Source: Azolla caroliniana (lineage: Eukaryota > Plantae > Polypodiophyta). From it: a stretch of 64,000 nucleotides of DNA. The notes beneath the pieces are model-generated. The model was not told the DNA's origin and did no database searches. It was given only the letters and a program-made list of their open reading frames with translations. The position numbers were made by a program, and so were the translations under genes. The DNA lies in the NCBI GenBank assembly GCA_043228905.1, contig JBHGNT010000017.1, positions 1,488,001-1,552,000 of the forward strand, given 5' to 3'. The number at the start of each line of letters is the position of its first letter. Position 1 is the first letter of the stretch. This document shows, in pieces, positions 37,043-49,779 of this stretch.

Positions 37043-39803
37043 ATGAGTGAAGATTCACCGTTCTCGATTGAAGAATATTGTTTGTCGTCAGACTCATCGT
37101 TTTCTACTAAAGAGTATTGTTTGTCGACAGAGTCACCATATTCTATTGAAGAATATTGTCTGTCGACAGACTCACCATATTCTATCGAAGAATATTGTCT
37201 GAGCTCATCTACAGGGAATGTAAATAATGACACATGTGAAGAGTTCTCTATTGAAGAATACGATATTAATAAAGATACGGAGAATGAAGGTAGTGCCAAG
37301 GAAACATTGAATAACATTGGCGATGGTCACAACAAAGAATTAGATTGTAACAAGGTTACACCAACCTCTGTGCAGGAAGAGAAATCTGGGAGCCCTATGC
37401 ATATTAGAAGAATCCCACGAAGAATTCGTCTGGCTAGATTTAGCTTGGTGACATCAGATAAACAGATTGGATTTGATGTCAAAAAAATATGTTGTGCCCG
37501 TGGTTGTATGTCTATGATGGAAAATCAAAGTGGCGAGAATTACGGCGATACTATTTTTCGATGACCGGTGATGAGCAAGACACTTACCTCAAGTCACATA
37601 TGCAACTAGTATCTGACAAATGTATGGGGATCAAAGTATCATTCGAGTATTATATCTTCCATGCGCAACAGATATGTAGAGTTGCATTCAAAATTGCGTT
37701 ATGTGTTAGTAGCATGCAGCTACATAGAGTACAACAACGTCTACTTAGCGGGGATCAGATGCTCAATTGTAAAGAGGTTCCAAGTATGAAAGGTGCAATT
37801 GGAAGACATGCCATTGGTTAGATGAAAACTTACTTTCAGTTAAATTGTGAAGTAATGCCCACTACAGGTAGGATGCACCTTTCTGATAATTATACACGTC
37901 GGGAAGTTTATGATGTCTATCGATCTGATATGCTGGGCTCACGTAATAAGTTTATCACCTATAGCCAATTCACAAGATTATGGAGAGCTCGGTTTTCAAA
38001 TGTTATCATTCCTCGTAAAGTACGTATGGGGTATTACTCCATTTGTGCAAATCTTAAAAGTTTGGCTAAAGGTGCAAAGACATCAATGGAAAAGGATATG
38101 AGTAAGAAGTTACTACAAGAGCATCATGAGGCACAATCCTTAGAACGAAAGAAGGCGATGCATCATAGAGAGAAGTGTTTGAAGAGGCCCGAACAATACA
38201 TGTGCTTAATGATAGATGGCATGGACCAGAAGAAGACGTGTTTGCCGCATATGCGGAGGCTCCCCAAAGATGTCAATGATGAGTGCCTTGTTCAAATGCA
38301 CTTGGTGGGATGCTTGGCTTATAATAGGTATGTTGGACCTCACGTCTTCATTACATACCCCAATGTTCACAATGACCCTAACCTAACAGTTACAGTCATT
38401 CACCGAGTTTTGATGTCTTGGGGCCAACCTTTCCCCCATGTTCTATACATTCAATTGGACAATACTGCTAGAGAGAACAAAAATTCAACTGTATTTGGCT
38501 ATCTAAGAATGTTGGTCAACCAAGAATTGTTTAGGAAAGTGAAAGTCAATTTTCTTTTGGTTGGCCACACACATGACCATATAGATCAGATGTTTAGCAC
38601 ATTCTCCAAACAGTTGTCTCGGCATGATGCTTTCACTTTACCTAAACTATTTGATGTCATTTGTGATGCATATACGCCACGCCCAAAAGTGTTACACTTG
38701 AAGGAGGTATATGACTTTAAGAGATATATATCAGATGGGGGTGGTGGGAATGTTAAAGTGCTTGCTCAGTTAAACAATATAAGTTTCAATCACATTTTTA
38801 TGATAAAGAAAAATGGAATAAGTGGTTCTACACTTTTGTATGCTAAACATGGGAACCTGAAGGTGGTTGCTAGTTATTACTTTGTATGCCAAGTACAATT
38901 GTCCATGGAGCTAAGTAAATGCCAATTGAGAAGAAAGGACAGTTGCAGAGCGACTTGGTATCAGAACAAAAACGATCATGGCTCCAAGCCTTAGAAGAAA
39001 AAAGAAAGCATATTGAGGCCGCCAAGAAATATGCCGCACAACAAGACACGTCATGGTGGGATGTATTTTATAGTGATCAGAAAGGAATTATAGACAATTG
39101 TGTATCTTGTGATAATTGGAATTTGGAAACGCCATTCACATGGTCGCTGCAACATGATCGCGTAAATAGAACTCCGGAGCAACTACCAAATGCGATTAAT
39201 GACAGCTTAGTCCATCCACAACAAAGAGACATTTATGTGGGACCAAGGATGACCAAAGCAGCCGAAGCTAGATGGCAAGGCAATTTACAAGAGCTCACCG
39301 CGGGGATGTTGATTGCAACGCCGGCTGATGAGAACTCACATGGCCACCAATTTTGGGTTGGTAAAATTCTAGAAGTGCTAATGCATGAAGTAGAAAACAC
39401 GATCAAGTCTATAAATGTTCATTGGTACAACACTAGAAATGCAAATGCTTTTACAGGTAAGTATACATTGGAGATGATTGAATGCCCAACAAGAAGGGGA
39501 GGTAGGAAGAGGAAGCGAAACATTCGTAACACCTCGACCCTTGATATCTCTGATGTGGATATCATCGTGTACGACTTCACACTTACAAAAGCCGGACGAT
39601 TAAGGAAGTCAACAATAGATATAATAAAAGAAAAATTACCAGGTCTACAAGGTGGCTCGAGTCAAAGGCAAACGAGATCTGCTACATATAATCTAGAGTC
39701 AAACCATTTGGTTTATGACGAAGATAATGCACTGATTGGTACATCCGAGGATGATGAAGAGGAATCGTCATTGTATATTAGTTATAGTAGTGATTCTCCG
39801 TAA
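37043..39803 (+). pseudogene. Sola/DUF7869-like DDD transposase (~900 aa if repaired), disrupted by frameshifts and stops
   Basis: ORFs 37043-37564, 37489-37821, 37822-38994 and 38919-39803 overlap or abut. Motifs: CCARGC, ICRVAF, YSQFTRLW..VIIP, LMIDGMDQKKT..P, LYIQLDNTARENKN, FLLVGHTHDHIDQMFS; after a frameshift, WEPEG leads into a C-terminal FWVGKI..VHWY region. The N-terminus has 36-bp tandem repeats (S.FSIEEYCLS). Confidence 0.8.
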
Positions 39804-40142
39804 AGGAGTGATCATGAATGTATATTTGGCTATTAAGTGTAACTACATTCCGCTTGTAACAAATCGAGTAATATAAAAGCATGTGTTTTGAATTCTTATG
39901 ATTTCTAAAAAATCGTTTCTTATAAAATAACATTGGTTGTAAAGTTTGTGATATAAATTGAGAATGTATCTTTTTGAAATTCGTCTTTTTTTAGTTACTT
40001 CTAAATCACAAAAATAGTGGATTTTTAACCTTTTTCATAGTATGTTTGAACATGTATGATACTGGTATCAATCTGTTTTGTAAAATCATTGAAAAAGCCC
40101 TAAAATCAACCAAAATTTCCCTTATCCTTCCATTTATGCGCG

Positions 40143-40549
40143 ATCCTTCCACTTGTGAACGCGAACGTGTTTCATGAAAAGAATGATGATAGTTATGCAA
40201 ATAACTCCCAAATGTATTTGTTGTGCAACTATATGTAACAAATTTAGATAACATTTTATCGAATGAAATAAAAACGTTCATTGTTTTGAAATCTTCTGCT
40301 TTCGATTTCTTTAAGTTCTAAAAACTTATTAGTTGTCATTTTTCTTTAAATATCCACAAAGTTACTTTTCGTATTTGACCAGAATTTGGCATTTTTCAAT
40401 TTTACCAAATGGTGAAAATTTCAACTTTTTCATCAAGTTTTGGAGACCACGTGATACTAGTATCAAGGTGTTTTGTGAAATGGCAAAAAAAAACCCAAAA
40501 TCAAACAGAATATTCCTTATCCTTCCACTTGTGAACGCGAACGTGTTAA
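40143..40549. repeat. Right terminus of the transposase element: a 27-bp motif present twice, followed by TTAA
   Basis: ATCCTTCCACTTGTGAACGCGAACGTG occurs at 40143-40169 and 40519-40545. TTAA follows at 40546-40549, after which gypsy gag resumes. Confidence 0.7.
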
Positions 40550-41154
40550 CCGGTTTGTGAATGCAAAGAAACGATCTTGTTCTCCCATGGAAAGAATTTG
40601 TAACCTAAGAGCACGAGAGGATTTAATATAATCCTTGATATGGCCCGTGTGATGAAGTAGGTCAAGTTGTTGTCCAGCCTTCCACTCAGAATTAGAAGGA
40701 AGTAATTGTTTGCTAAGAGCTTCCTTCAATTCTTCCCATGCACGGGTCCCTTTCGTTGAACGCGATAGTTTAGCATCCCCGGTCAAGAAGGTGGAGCAAT
40801 GGAAGACATGGTCCACCTCATTGACGATACGGACAACTATAACTTGGGCATCTCGAGCTCCATTGTAGTTTTCGTGTTCATGAGGCTTCACGCGTGGAGC
40901 TTCATTGGCGCTTCAAGCGGCACGAGACTCTTTGGCAAGTAGGCGCGCACCAACTCTGCATTCGTGTTGGTGATGCAAGCACTAAGGTCCTTGACCGTAG
41001 ATTGTCGACTTCCCTTTCAAGTAAGGCAACTCTTGTCTCGAGTTCCTTAGTGTAGACAGAGATTTCATGGAGGATTTATAGGAACCTCCTCCTAGGCCAA
41101 CGACACATTCGTCGGGTTGGATGTAACAGAGGCATTGGGATCGGATGTGTCACA
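40546..41154 (-). mobile_element. Ty3/gypsy 5' remnant (gag), probably the other half of the 27584-29533 element
   Basis: MKPHEHENYNGARDAQ..FLTGDAK..WEELKEAL..HTGHIKDY..QDRFFAFTNRL. The sequence tcggatgtgtcaca at 41142-41155 echoes the LTR end tcggatgtgttaca at 28253-28266. Confidence 0.65.
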
Positions 41155-42579
41155 ATATAGATACATATTATACATCGAATTGAAACTTGGGAATATGAAG
41201 CCATGCATACACCTAATGTTGATGGTTGTATCATAAAATGGTCATGCACTAGAAGGGAGATTGGGTGAACAAGAAGAATAGCATATATTTATCATGTCCG
41301 CTTGATGTAACATTGTAAAGTATGTATTTATGGTGTATATGTATGTGTGAGTGTGGTGAATACAAAATATGTTGTGCATTGAAGTAACATCATAAATATA
41401 AACTTCTATTGGCAAGTTGTTACATTTCTTCATAGAGTGTCCAACTTTTATAATATGTATGAGTTGGATCTTCATGATCTTTTTTTGTGTGTGTGGTGAC
41501 TTTCTTACATATGAGAAGATCGGAAATGTTACAATTGGTGATAATGGAATGGTTTATGATTCATCATAGTTTAGAATATTGTCTTATGTTAAATGTTGGT
41601 AGATTACTTAATTTCACAAACTATTGCCGACTGTTACTGCCTTTTCCATAATCTCAACTATTGCTACTAATCTCTACTCATTCCAACATCTATCATCACT
41701 ATCCACCACCTATTGGCACCCACCATTGATGGTTGCAGGTGACGTCAATAGATGTTGACTACAATGTCGCAAGTACTTTTTCATTTATCCATTTTTACTT
41801 ATTCTCTCACCCCCAATTCAAATAAAGGGAGGGATAAATGAAAAAGTGTAAGTGGCATGGAAGTCATTGAAGTCAAACATACATCCCCCAAATCGGACAA
41901 GCAATCGAACATTGTATGCAAAGATGATTATTATCTTCCACTTGAAAGTGCAAAAGAAGCATTTAATGTTACATGTCCACGACACTTTAGAGCTCTTGTA
42001 TCATTATTGTACCATTTATCTCTTGTATCATTACTCCAAAATTAATGTTACGTGTCCACTTTACAACCAATGACTAAGGAGCACGAACAAAGGCAACCAA
42101 AAACAAAAAAACAAAAAAAAAGTGCTTGAAAGTTGAGGAGCTTAGATAGAAGTGGCCAAATATAAGGAAAACAACACATGCCAATCCTCTTTTCGGTTTC
42201 CCTTGTCTCCTCATTCTTGACCGACACATTGTGTGTTTTACAAAGACACAAGATACACATGTCAACAACAAAACAATAAGATGGTGGCCATTAAAAAGAG
42301 AGGGTTCGGACAAACAAGCCGGTGTCCACGACTCTTATAGAAATATCATCGTCGGTACAAGTCTTCACACCATAGCTGAACCAACTAGAGACATCCGGCT
42401 GCACTGGGCATCATTTGAAAACATGGAGGATAAATTAAAAACAAAAAAGGTCAAGGTTAGGGTTCTAGGCTTATGAAATAAAATTTGTAAAGTAGCAATG
42501 AGGTATTTATTTATTTTACAATAAAGGTATGTATGTATTTAAGTCCCTTCACCACCTTGCCTTCTTCCTTCCAACCAAA

Positions 42580-42599
42580 TCTATCTATCTATCTGTGTG

Positions 42600-42636
<37 letters not shown>

Positions 42637-42638
42637 AG
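42580..42638. repeat. Compound microsatellite (CTAT)n(GT)n(AG)n in the UGT 5' leader
   Basis: Directly visible about 16 bp upstream of ATG 42655. Absent from the equivalent position of the 23855 copy. Confidence 0.9.
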
Positions 42639-42654
42639 GAAAGGCTAAGTAGCC

Positions 42655-44538
42655 ATGGCCACATCAATGGAAGCTGTAGACTTAGCCTCTCATGGTAAGA
42701 GAGCTCATGCCCTCTTCATTCCCTTCCCAGTCCAAGGACAGATCAATCCAATGATGCACCTTGTCAAAACACTCACAAACCATGACCAAAACCTCCATAT
42801 CACCCTTATCAACAATTACCACTACCACACTCACCTCATGGCCAAGCTCCATGGTCATGGAAGCCCATCATGGGCCATGGCAGAATTAGGTCGGAGAGGG
42901 TTCTCTGAGGAGACCTTAGTACAACCCAACATTGGCTTGGTTTGTGTTGATGATGGTCTCCCTCCCGATTTCGACTGGCTCACGGCCCAGGATTCCGATG
43001 ACACTAGATGGATGGTTGTCAAGAGTGGTTATGTCATGTCGAAAAACATCAAGCTCTTCATCAAGCATTTGGAGGAGAACGAGACGCGATGCCACACCAA
43101 AGTTTCGTTTGCTGTCGTCGGTATCTTTTGTCAATGGGCTATTGATGCCATGGTCGATCTCGGCATTCCCACTGTCCTTTTCTCTACCCAATCCGCGATT
43201 GTGCTGAGCATGTATTTTCATATTCCTCTGCTTATCTCCAATGGCTTCTTCCATGAAGGTCAGTACTAAGTGAAAATGAACTATTTGTCCTTGAATCCAT
43301 TTCTTGAATATGTTTGGTAAAAATGTTATAGTCAAGTTTAACTGCTAATAAGATAATATATCTACTATCCATGACTTATGAGGGATTTTGATTCCCCCTC
43401 ATCCTAGCCCAAAGTTATATTTTCCTATTAAAAAGAAAAGTGAATTGAATTAATATCAAAGTCAAATCAAAGTGATTATAAGCCAAGAACGTGTTCTGAT
43501 ATTTGTAATCTTTTGTTAATTGTTTCATTGAATTGTCCTTGAAAACATCACACATTTAATGATGTTAAACACAAACCCTGTCCTCCATGTGTCTCAGATA
43601 CCAAGTTTCATGAGGAGCAAAACCCAAAGCTTTACGGTCACGATGGAAAAGATCAGCTCGTGACTTACATACCCGGCATACCTGGTTTGCCTCCTCGAAG
43701 CTTCCCTACATACATGCATGTACATGATCCGTCGAGTCCTTCTGTTGAGTTCCTGAAAATACATTCCAACAAAATAATGCTTTGCAATGCAATCTTAATG
43801 AATACTTTTGAGGAGTTGGAAGGAGAAGCATCCCGAGCACTCGAGTCAGAGTTCCATATCCCTGTATATCCGATAGGGCCTGTGCTCCCGATGTTTACCG
43901 GAATGAAGCAAGAAGATGAGAATGCTTGTATCACATGGCTGGATAAGAAATCGAAGCATTCGGTTGTGTATATTTCTTTTGGAAGCTTATGGAATCCTTC
44001 GGTGGAGCTCATCAAGAGTATTGCAGAGGGAATCAAAGCAAGCAAACAACCTTACTTGTGGGCACTTAGGCCCTCAAACTTTTGGCCTTCCACCAATGTG
44101 TATGAGTTTTTACCAGAGCATTTCTCCGAAGAAACAGATGGCCTTATCATTCCATGGGCTCCTCAACTCGATGTACTCGCTCACTCATCTGTTGGTGCCT
44201 TTCTCACCCATTGCGGATGGAATTCGACATTGGAGAGCATGTGCATGGGGGTGCCCATGATCCCTATACCTATTCAAGGTGACCAAACTACAAATTGTAA
44301 GCTTATTGTAGATATATGGAAGGTGGGTATGAACATCAAGTTCATACTACATTCGGATGGCCCTGTTGTGGATAGTGACAATATCGAGAGGGCTGTGAAG
44401 CTGCTCTTTCATGACAACGGAGGCCTTGAAATGAGAAACAGAGCTCAAAAGTTTAAAACGGCTATAAAGAGGGCCACGCAATGTGGCGGCACATCATATA
44501 CTAACATAGAAAAGTTCATACACTCATTCAAAAAGTAA
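42655..44538 (+). CDS. Family-1 UDP-glycosyltransferase, 2 exons (42655-43258, 43598-44538), about 514 aa
   Basis: Close paralogue of 23855-25885 with the same intron position and phase. PSPG box ends ..IPIQGDQ. Confidence 0.95.
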
Positions 44539-45376
44539 TCCTCAAAAGGCATTCATCATCATCAATTTATTCCATGTATTGCGAGTATTCCTTCATAGTT
44601 TTTGTAAGACAATTTATTGCGAGGATTGCCTAAATGTCAACCTCGTAAGGCAGATTTTAAGAGGCCCAAAACATCATATAACAAACATTTGGTGTTTTCT
44701 ATCAATTTACTATCCAACTATCTAGCCCCTTTGGCCATTCCTACGCCACTCGATCAATCATGTAAAGTTTGTAAAACCAGAGCAATTTGCTCAATTTGAC
44801 CCTTGAAATGAGGGCTTCAGAGAACATCAAGGAGAATATAAACAACAATTTTGCATTACAACATGAGATCAAGATGTATCTTATTATAGAGAAAAGAGCT
44901 GACATCATTAACATAGGCAAAACAGCAGCTACTCATGTTTGTGCGACAAGCAAATACCCATTTTGGCCTACCTTTTCACTCTTTCAGTGTTATCCAAGGC
45001 TTCTCAAACTCCTTCTAAGGATCTAGATAAATATTAGTATATAACAAAAGTTCAGCACTTTCCTGAAAATCGAGATGCATTTCTGAAGTCTCAGTTTACA
45101 TCAATTGAGATGGCTTTGAGATTGAAATCTCGTCATGATACTATAAAACATTTTTTAATTTGATGATAGTGACATTTCCTTCCGATACTATAGGACTTGT
45201 ATTTGCATGCTAGCTTTATTGGTATGTTCCAACATTGTAAAACTGGTCAAACAGTTTTTTAATCATGTAGCATCAGAGAAATGATTGCCCCACACTTAAG
45301 CTTAGATGAGTTCATTATCTGCCAGTATTCTGAGAACTGGCTATGAGATAATCATGTTATCCATGAACAAATAATG

Positions 45377-48300
45377 TCAGGCTCCATATTTGGGTGCCTT
45401 CCAAAGCTTAAAAGCAATCTCATGGAGAAATCGATCAGCCAAAATTGCAAGACTGCTACCATTCTGCATGAAGCAAATAAAACAAAGAAAATATGTTAAA
45501 AGAGTTTCATTTCCAATAAAAAGATGTTCAAATTTATAGAAAAAGCAATTCAAACTAACAGTTCTATTGCCTTTATGAATTCTTGAAAGCTAAGAAATTC
45601 AGTCTCATCTCGGCGTGTGACCCCATCCATGTGATGCACAACCAGTAATGGATGATTATCTCTAATCAACCATAAAGAAAACAAAACTTTCAGTTTCATT
45701 TCCCAAAAGTCCATTTAAATTAAAATTAATAATAATTCTTCGTAAGCCATTGTTAAAGCAAAGATTAATAATGATGCTCAGTTAAACTATTCCTTAAAAT
45801 TAATAATCTCTATTAGACTTACCTCACGCCATCAACTTGTCTCCCATCCTTCCATTTGTATGATTGCTTGGGACGAAATACTCTCATCCTTTCTGGCATC
45901 TGCCCAAGCAATTCTAGAGTTGGAACTTTGGCAGCTTCAATATTTTCATGTAAAATGGCCTCGTCTCCATAACCCAAAACCAAAACAAGATACAAATGAT
46001 CATTTGCTTTAGTTCCTGGCTGCATTAGAGCCTTAATTTCGCCAACCAAGGAATTTATCCAATCAAGGTACTTTAGGCTGTCATCATTGGAGCCCCTTCC
46101 AAGGTGCAATAAAACCAACTCATTACTAACAGCAGAATCGTCACATTTAGTTCCCAGCCCTAGCATTTCTATGAGTTCTAAAGCTGCTATTGAAGGTTTG
46201 GGCAGCACTGAATCTGAGATACTGGTAATTGTTTCTTCTTTGACAAATTTGATCTTGTCATTCATTAAGGTAAACCCAGCAGATTTACCCACGTCCCCTA
46301 CAATGCTTGAATTTGTGATCAAAGCTGCTTTCATGCCCATGAATCTGCAACAAAAACCTAAGCTTTAGTCAAAACCCTAAAGATGTTGAAAACTAGACAT
46401 CAGACAGTATATTAACTTTTGTTTAGGATATATGGGTTATGTAGTACTTCCTTCACATGTTTGCGACAATAAGGCCTATTTAGTATCTACGCAGATTAAT
46501 CATTACATAACCTTTACTTAAATTTGATCTCAAAGTCAACTACCACAACACAATAAATCAAACATTCTTTTCATGGGTTCTCAACAATGATCAAAGGAAA
46601 AATCCTAAGATTCATATCCCTTTTCCACAGGTTTTTAAAGCTTTATCTTTTACTCAATAGTATCTGCTTGTCAAAAATATTCATGCAGCTTCTTTGCAAG
46701 CAAGTTTTCATGATTCATGACTCCTGATTAAACTTTAATTGAAGTTAACAAGGATTATGTTTATTTCAAAATGATCTTATGACACCTATTTTTTGTAGTG
46801 AGACAATCAGCAATTTTGCTGGGTTTTCTGAAATATTATCTTCTAAGAACTCAAATAGCACTCAATTTTAATACTTCCTCACACTAGTAATGATAAGCTA
46901 TAAAACCATGGCAGCAGGCCCTCTCTGCCTCAGCTGGTGACAAATGGAATCCTCCTCAAAAGATAGTGTGTGGGAACTAAGTACCCCCTCAAAATCTACA
47001 ATGAGAATATAGTGGAAAGAAATTAGATTGATATGGGATATGAATGGGTAAAAATGCAATAAACAGATTCTTGGTAGTAGCAATACTCAATCACACTTTC
47101 ATAAATAATTTACAAGTTGATATCATATACCAATCACAGAGAGAAAATAAAATAGATCTTTTATCGTCCATGATAAGCTCAATTTTGACCTATGGGACCA
47201 AAACAACATATCATCTTGTATGTCACACCTTCCTAAGAAGGGAGGTTACTACTCCGTAGTTAAAGTTGTATTTTGTGGAGAACAAGATTTGAACCCTACA
47301 CCTTGACTTTATGAGGGGCTGTACTGAGTATTAGGAAAACAGGTAAGGGTTCCAACATGGCATTACATGGCCAGAGAGAAATGGTTGATAAAGGCCAATG
47401 AACCCTAACTGGATGAGCCAAGAGTTATGTGACCGATATCAGCATCTGGTGGCTCCAGTCAGCATTGGATTCCAGTGTGTGGGAAGCTGTGTCCATTGGT
47501 AAAAATAAAGACGTTCTAAAGTTAGGAGTTAGGCTCCAAATAAAGTGAAACTAAAGTTATGTGTGGATTAGACACTTGGCAGCCTGCACATGATTTGCCT
47601 TTCTCAAACAAACCCCTTTTGATGTAGAAGTTGAAATTAAATTTTGGGGCTGCAAGAGACTCTTCCAATGCTAAATGTGCAGATTTCCTGATGAATGATC
47701 AGTAGGCAGTACTCTAGAAGTTCCATGGGTTGGTTTCAGTCTTCGAAAATAGAATAAACACAAATCAAACCATCAAGTTTGCTGGATTTCACCACTGGAG
47801 AAGTTTTATATAAATGAAGAAATATCTACTTAAGATTTTCACTCACTTGACTTAATTAATTTTACCCAACGAAGCTAGGTTGCTCTTGAACAAAGAATTT
47901 GACACCCTGTTGACCTCAAAGGTTGGTGTCACATTGGGATTGATAACTAATAGAAGAAAATACACCAAGATATAGCGCTACTACCATTGGCCCTCAACTG
48001 TTTCACACTGCCATGCAATTTTTTCATGTCCAATTTCAATAGTTCTGGATCACATCAAAATAAAATTACAATACAGGCTACATTTTGTGGACCTGAAATT
48101 CATCCTGAGTCCATATTGAAATTATTAAATTCCTTTTTAATTTGGTATAGCGTGTCAAGTGTTATCGGGCCATCATTCACTAGAATATAACTAATTTGAT
48201 TTGTGGGCAAATATCAGGTATCCTTCACTCGTAACTTGTGATTTTAACGATTTGCTGCAGTACATAAATCTCTTTAAAGGCAACTCAAATAAGCCCAAGA

Positions 48301-49779
48301 GATCTTTGTATAGCCCTTTATTTGTTTCTGTTTCAGTTTCCGCCACTATTTACACTACAATTTTAAAGTGATCAGTATCTAAAAATAAGATGAATATAAA
48401 AACATAGTTAAGGATAAAATGTTTTACTTTTTAGTACCCAGAGCATAGTAACAACAGCCTCATAAAGGAATGCCCTCGAGATATAATAGAACTATAAAGT
48501 ATGCCCAAACCTTTCAGCAATGGAGGGCATGGCATCTTCTTCTTGGTAGCTTCCCTCAGCAGAATTTACCTGTGCCACATAAAAGCAGATTCATTTGTCA
48601 GTAATATTTTCTCTAAGCATTCATTTCTTGAACAGAATCCAGATGAGCATGAATCAACGAACCAGAGGATCATGCATGTCAAGAATTTGTTGCATTTCAA
48701 ACAAAACCCTGCCATTGGGAGTCGCTGTCATCATAAGAATAATCTAAATTATTTAAAAGGACCTCATGCAGTGTTGACGAAAATCTTCTTTATGCATCAG
48801 AAAAGTATTGATATGCATGAAATGATAGAAAGTTATGGGAATTCAGCAGAGCATTTACATATTTCAGCAGGATTTTGTTCTTATAATAAATATTTCCATC
48901 CAGTGTTCAGATTTTGACAGAGGCTCTAGTGAATGAACTAACATTTTTCCTAGACAACATGGATAAAATGAGTTTAAACTGAACAAATATTATTTTTACC
49001 AGGACTATGGATAGCATGAAAAAATATATCTGTAGGACTTTTTATTCTCTTAATAAAATTTCCAACTTAGAAATCTCTACATTTATAAGAATTCAGAAGG
49101 AAATGTATATGCTTCTGACTTAGCAGATCTAAAATCTGCAAACAGACCCCTAAACCTTATAGGTTGGTTGAAATTTTTGAATCTCTACAAAGATATCAAG
49201 AAACAACAATAAAAAAGACCACAATTTTGAACAAGATTAGAATGAAGTAATGCCACTTTAGCTAAGATTAAGTTCAATGAATATGAATGTATGGTATACA
49301 TACCAAAAAATCCAATAAGCACGCTATTGAGATTAAAAAGATGAATTCCTACTCGGGTGGCATGAAATAATAGCAATGAATGAATGTTTTTATGGAAAGG
49401 GTGCAATATAACAAGCTTTCTATCTGGGGTTACAACGATGACTCAGACAGCATTAAATAATAGAGAAGAACATCACAAGACCTACAGGAATTTGGACAGA
49501 ATTTTGTCCATAAGTAACACTGTTTTGGTCTCTCATATGAATCTCAACGAATGATTTTGATTGAATGAATGAAAGAATGGTTGAATATCTACCACGATGG
49601 GAAGGGATGTCGCGAAGAGCAAGAAATCCACATGATCCGTCTTTTGCTAACCTATGGAGGTTTGTGTGAGAGTCGCTGAGAGCTCCGATCAGACCATCTC
49701 CAAAGATGATCAACGCGCGAGCAGGGGCGTCTGCTATCACCATCGCTGCGTTGTTCTTCGTCTTCGTTCCTCCCTTCAC
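45377..49779 (-). CDS. Conserved uncharacterised plant protein (Arabidopsis AT5G11810-like), about 6 exons
   Basis: Exons ~49779-49593 (RALIIFGDGL..HRLAKDGSCGFLAL), ~48724-48663, ~48569-48510 (..SIAER), ~46343-45823 (FMGMKAALIT..RPKQSY), ~45661-45571 (GVTRRD) and ~45463-45377 (ADRFLHEIAFKLWKAPKYGA*). Family recognised from memory. Confidence 0.82.
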
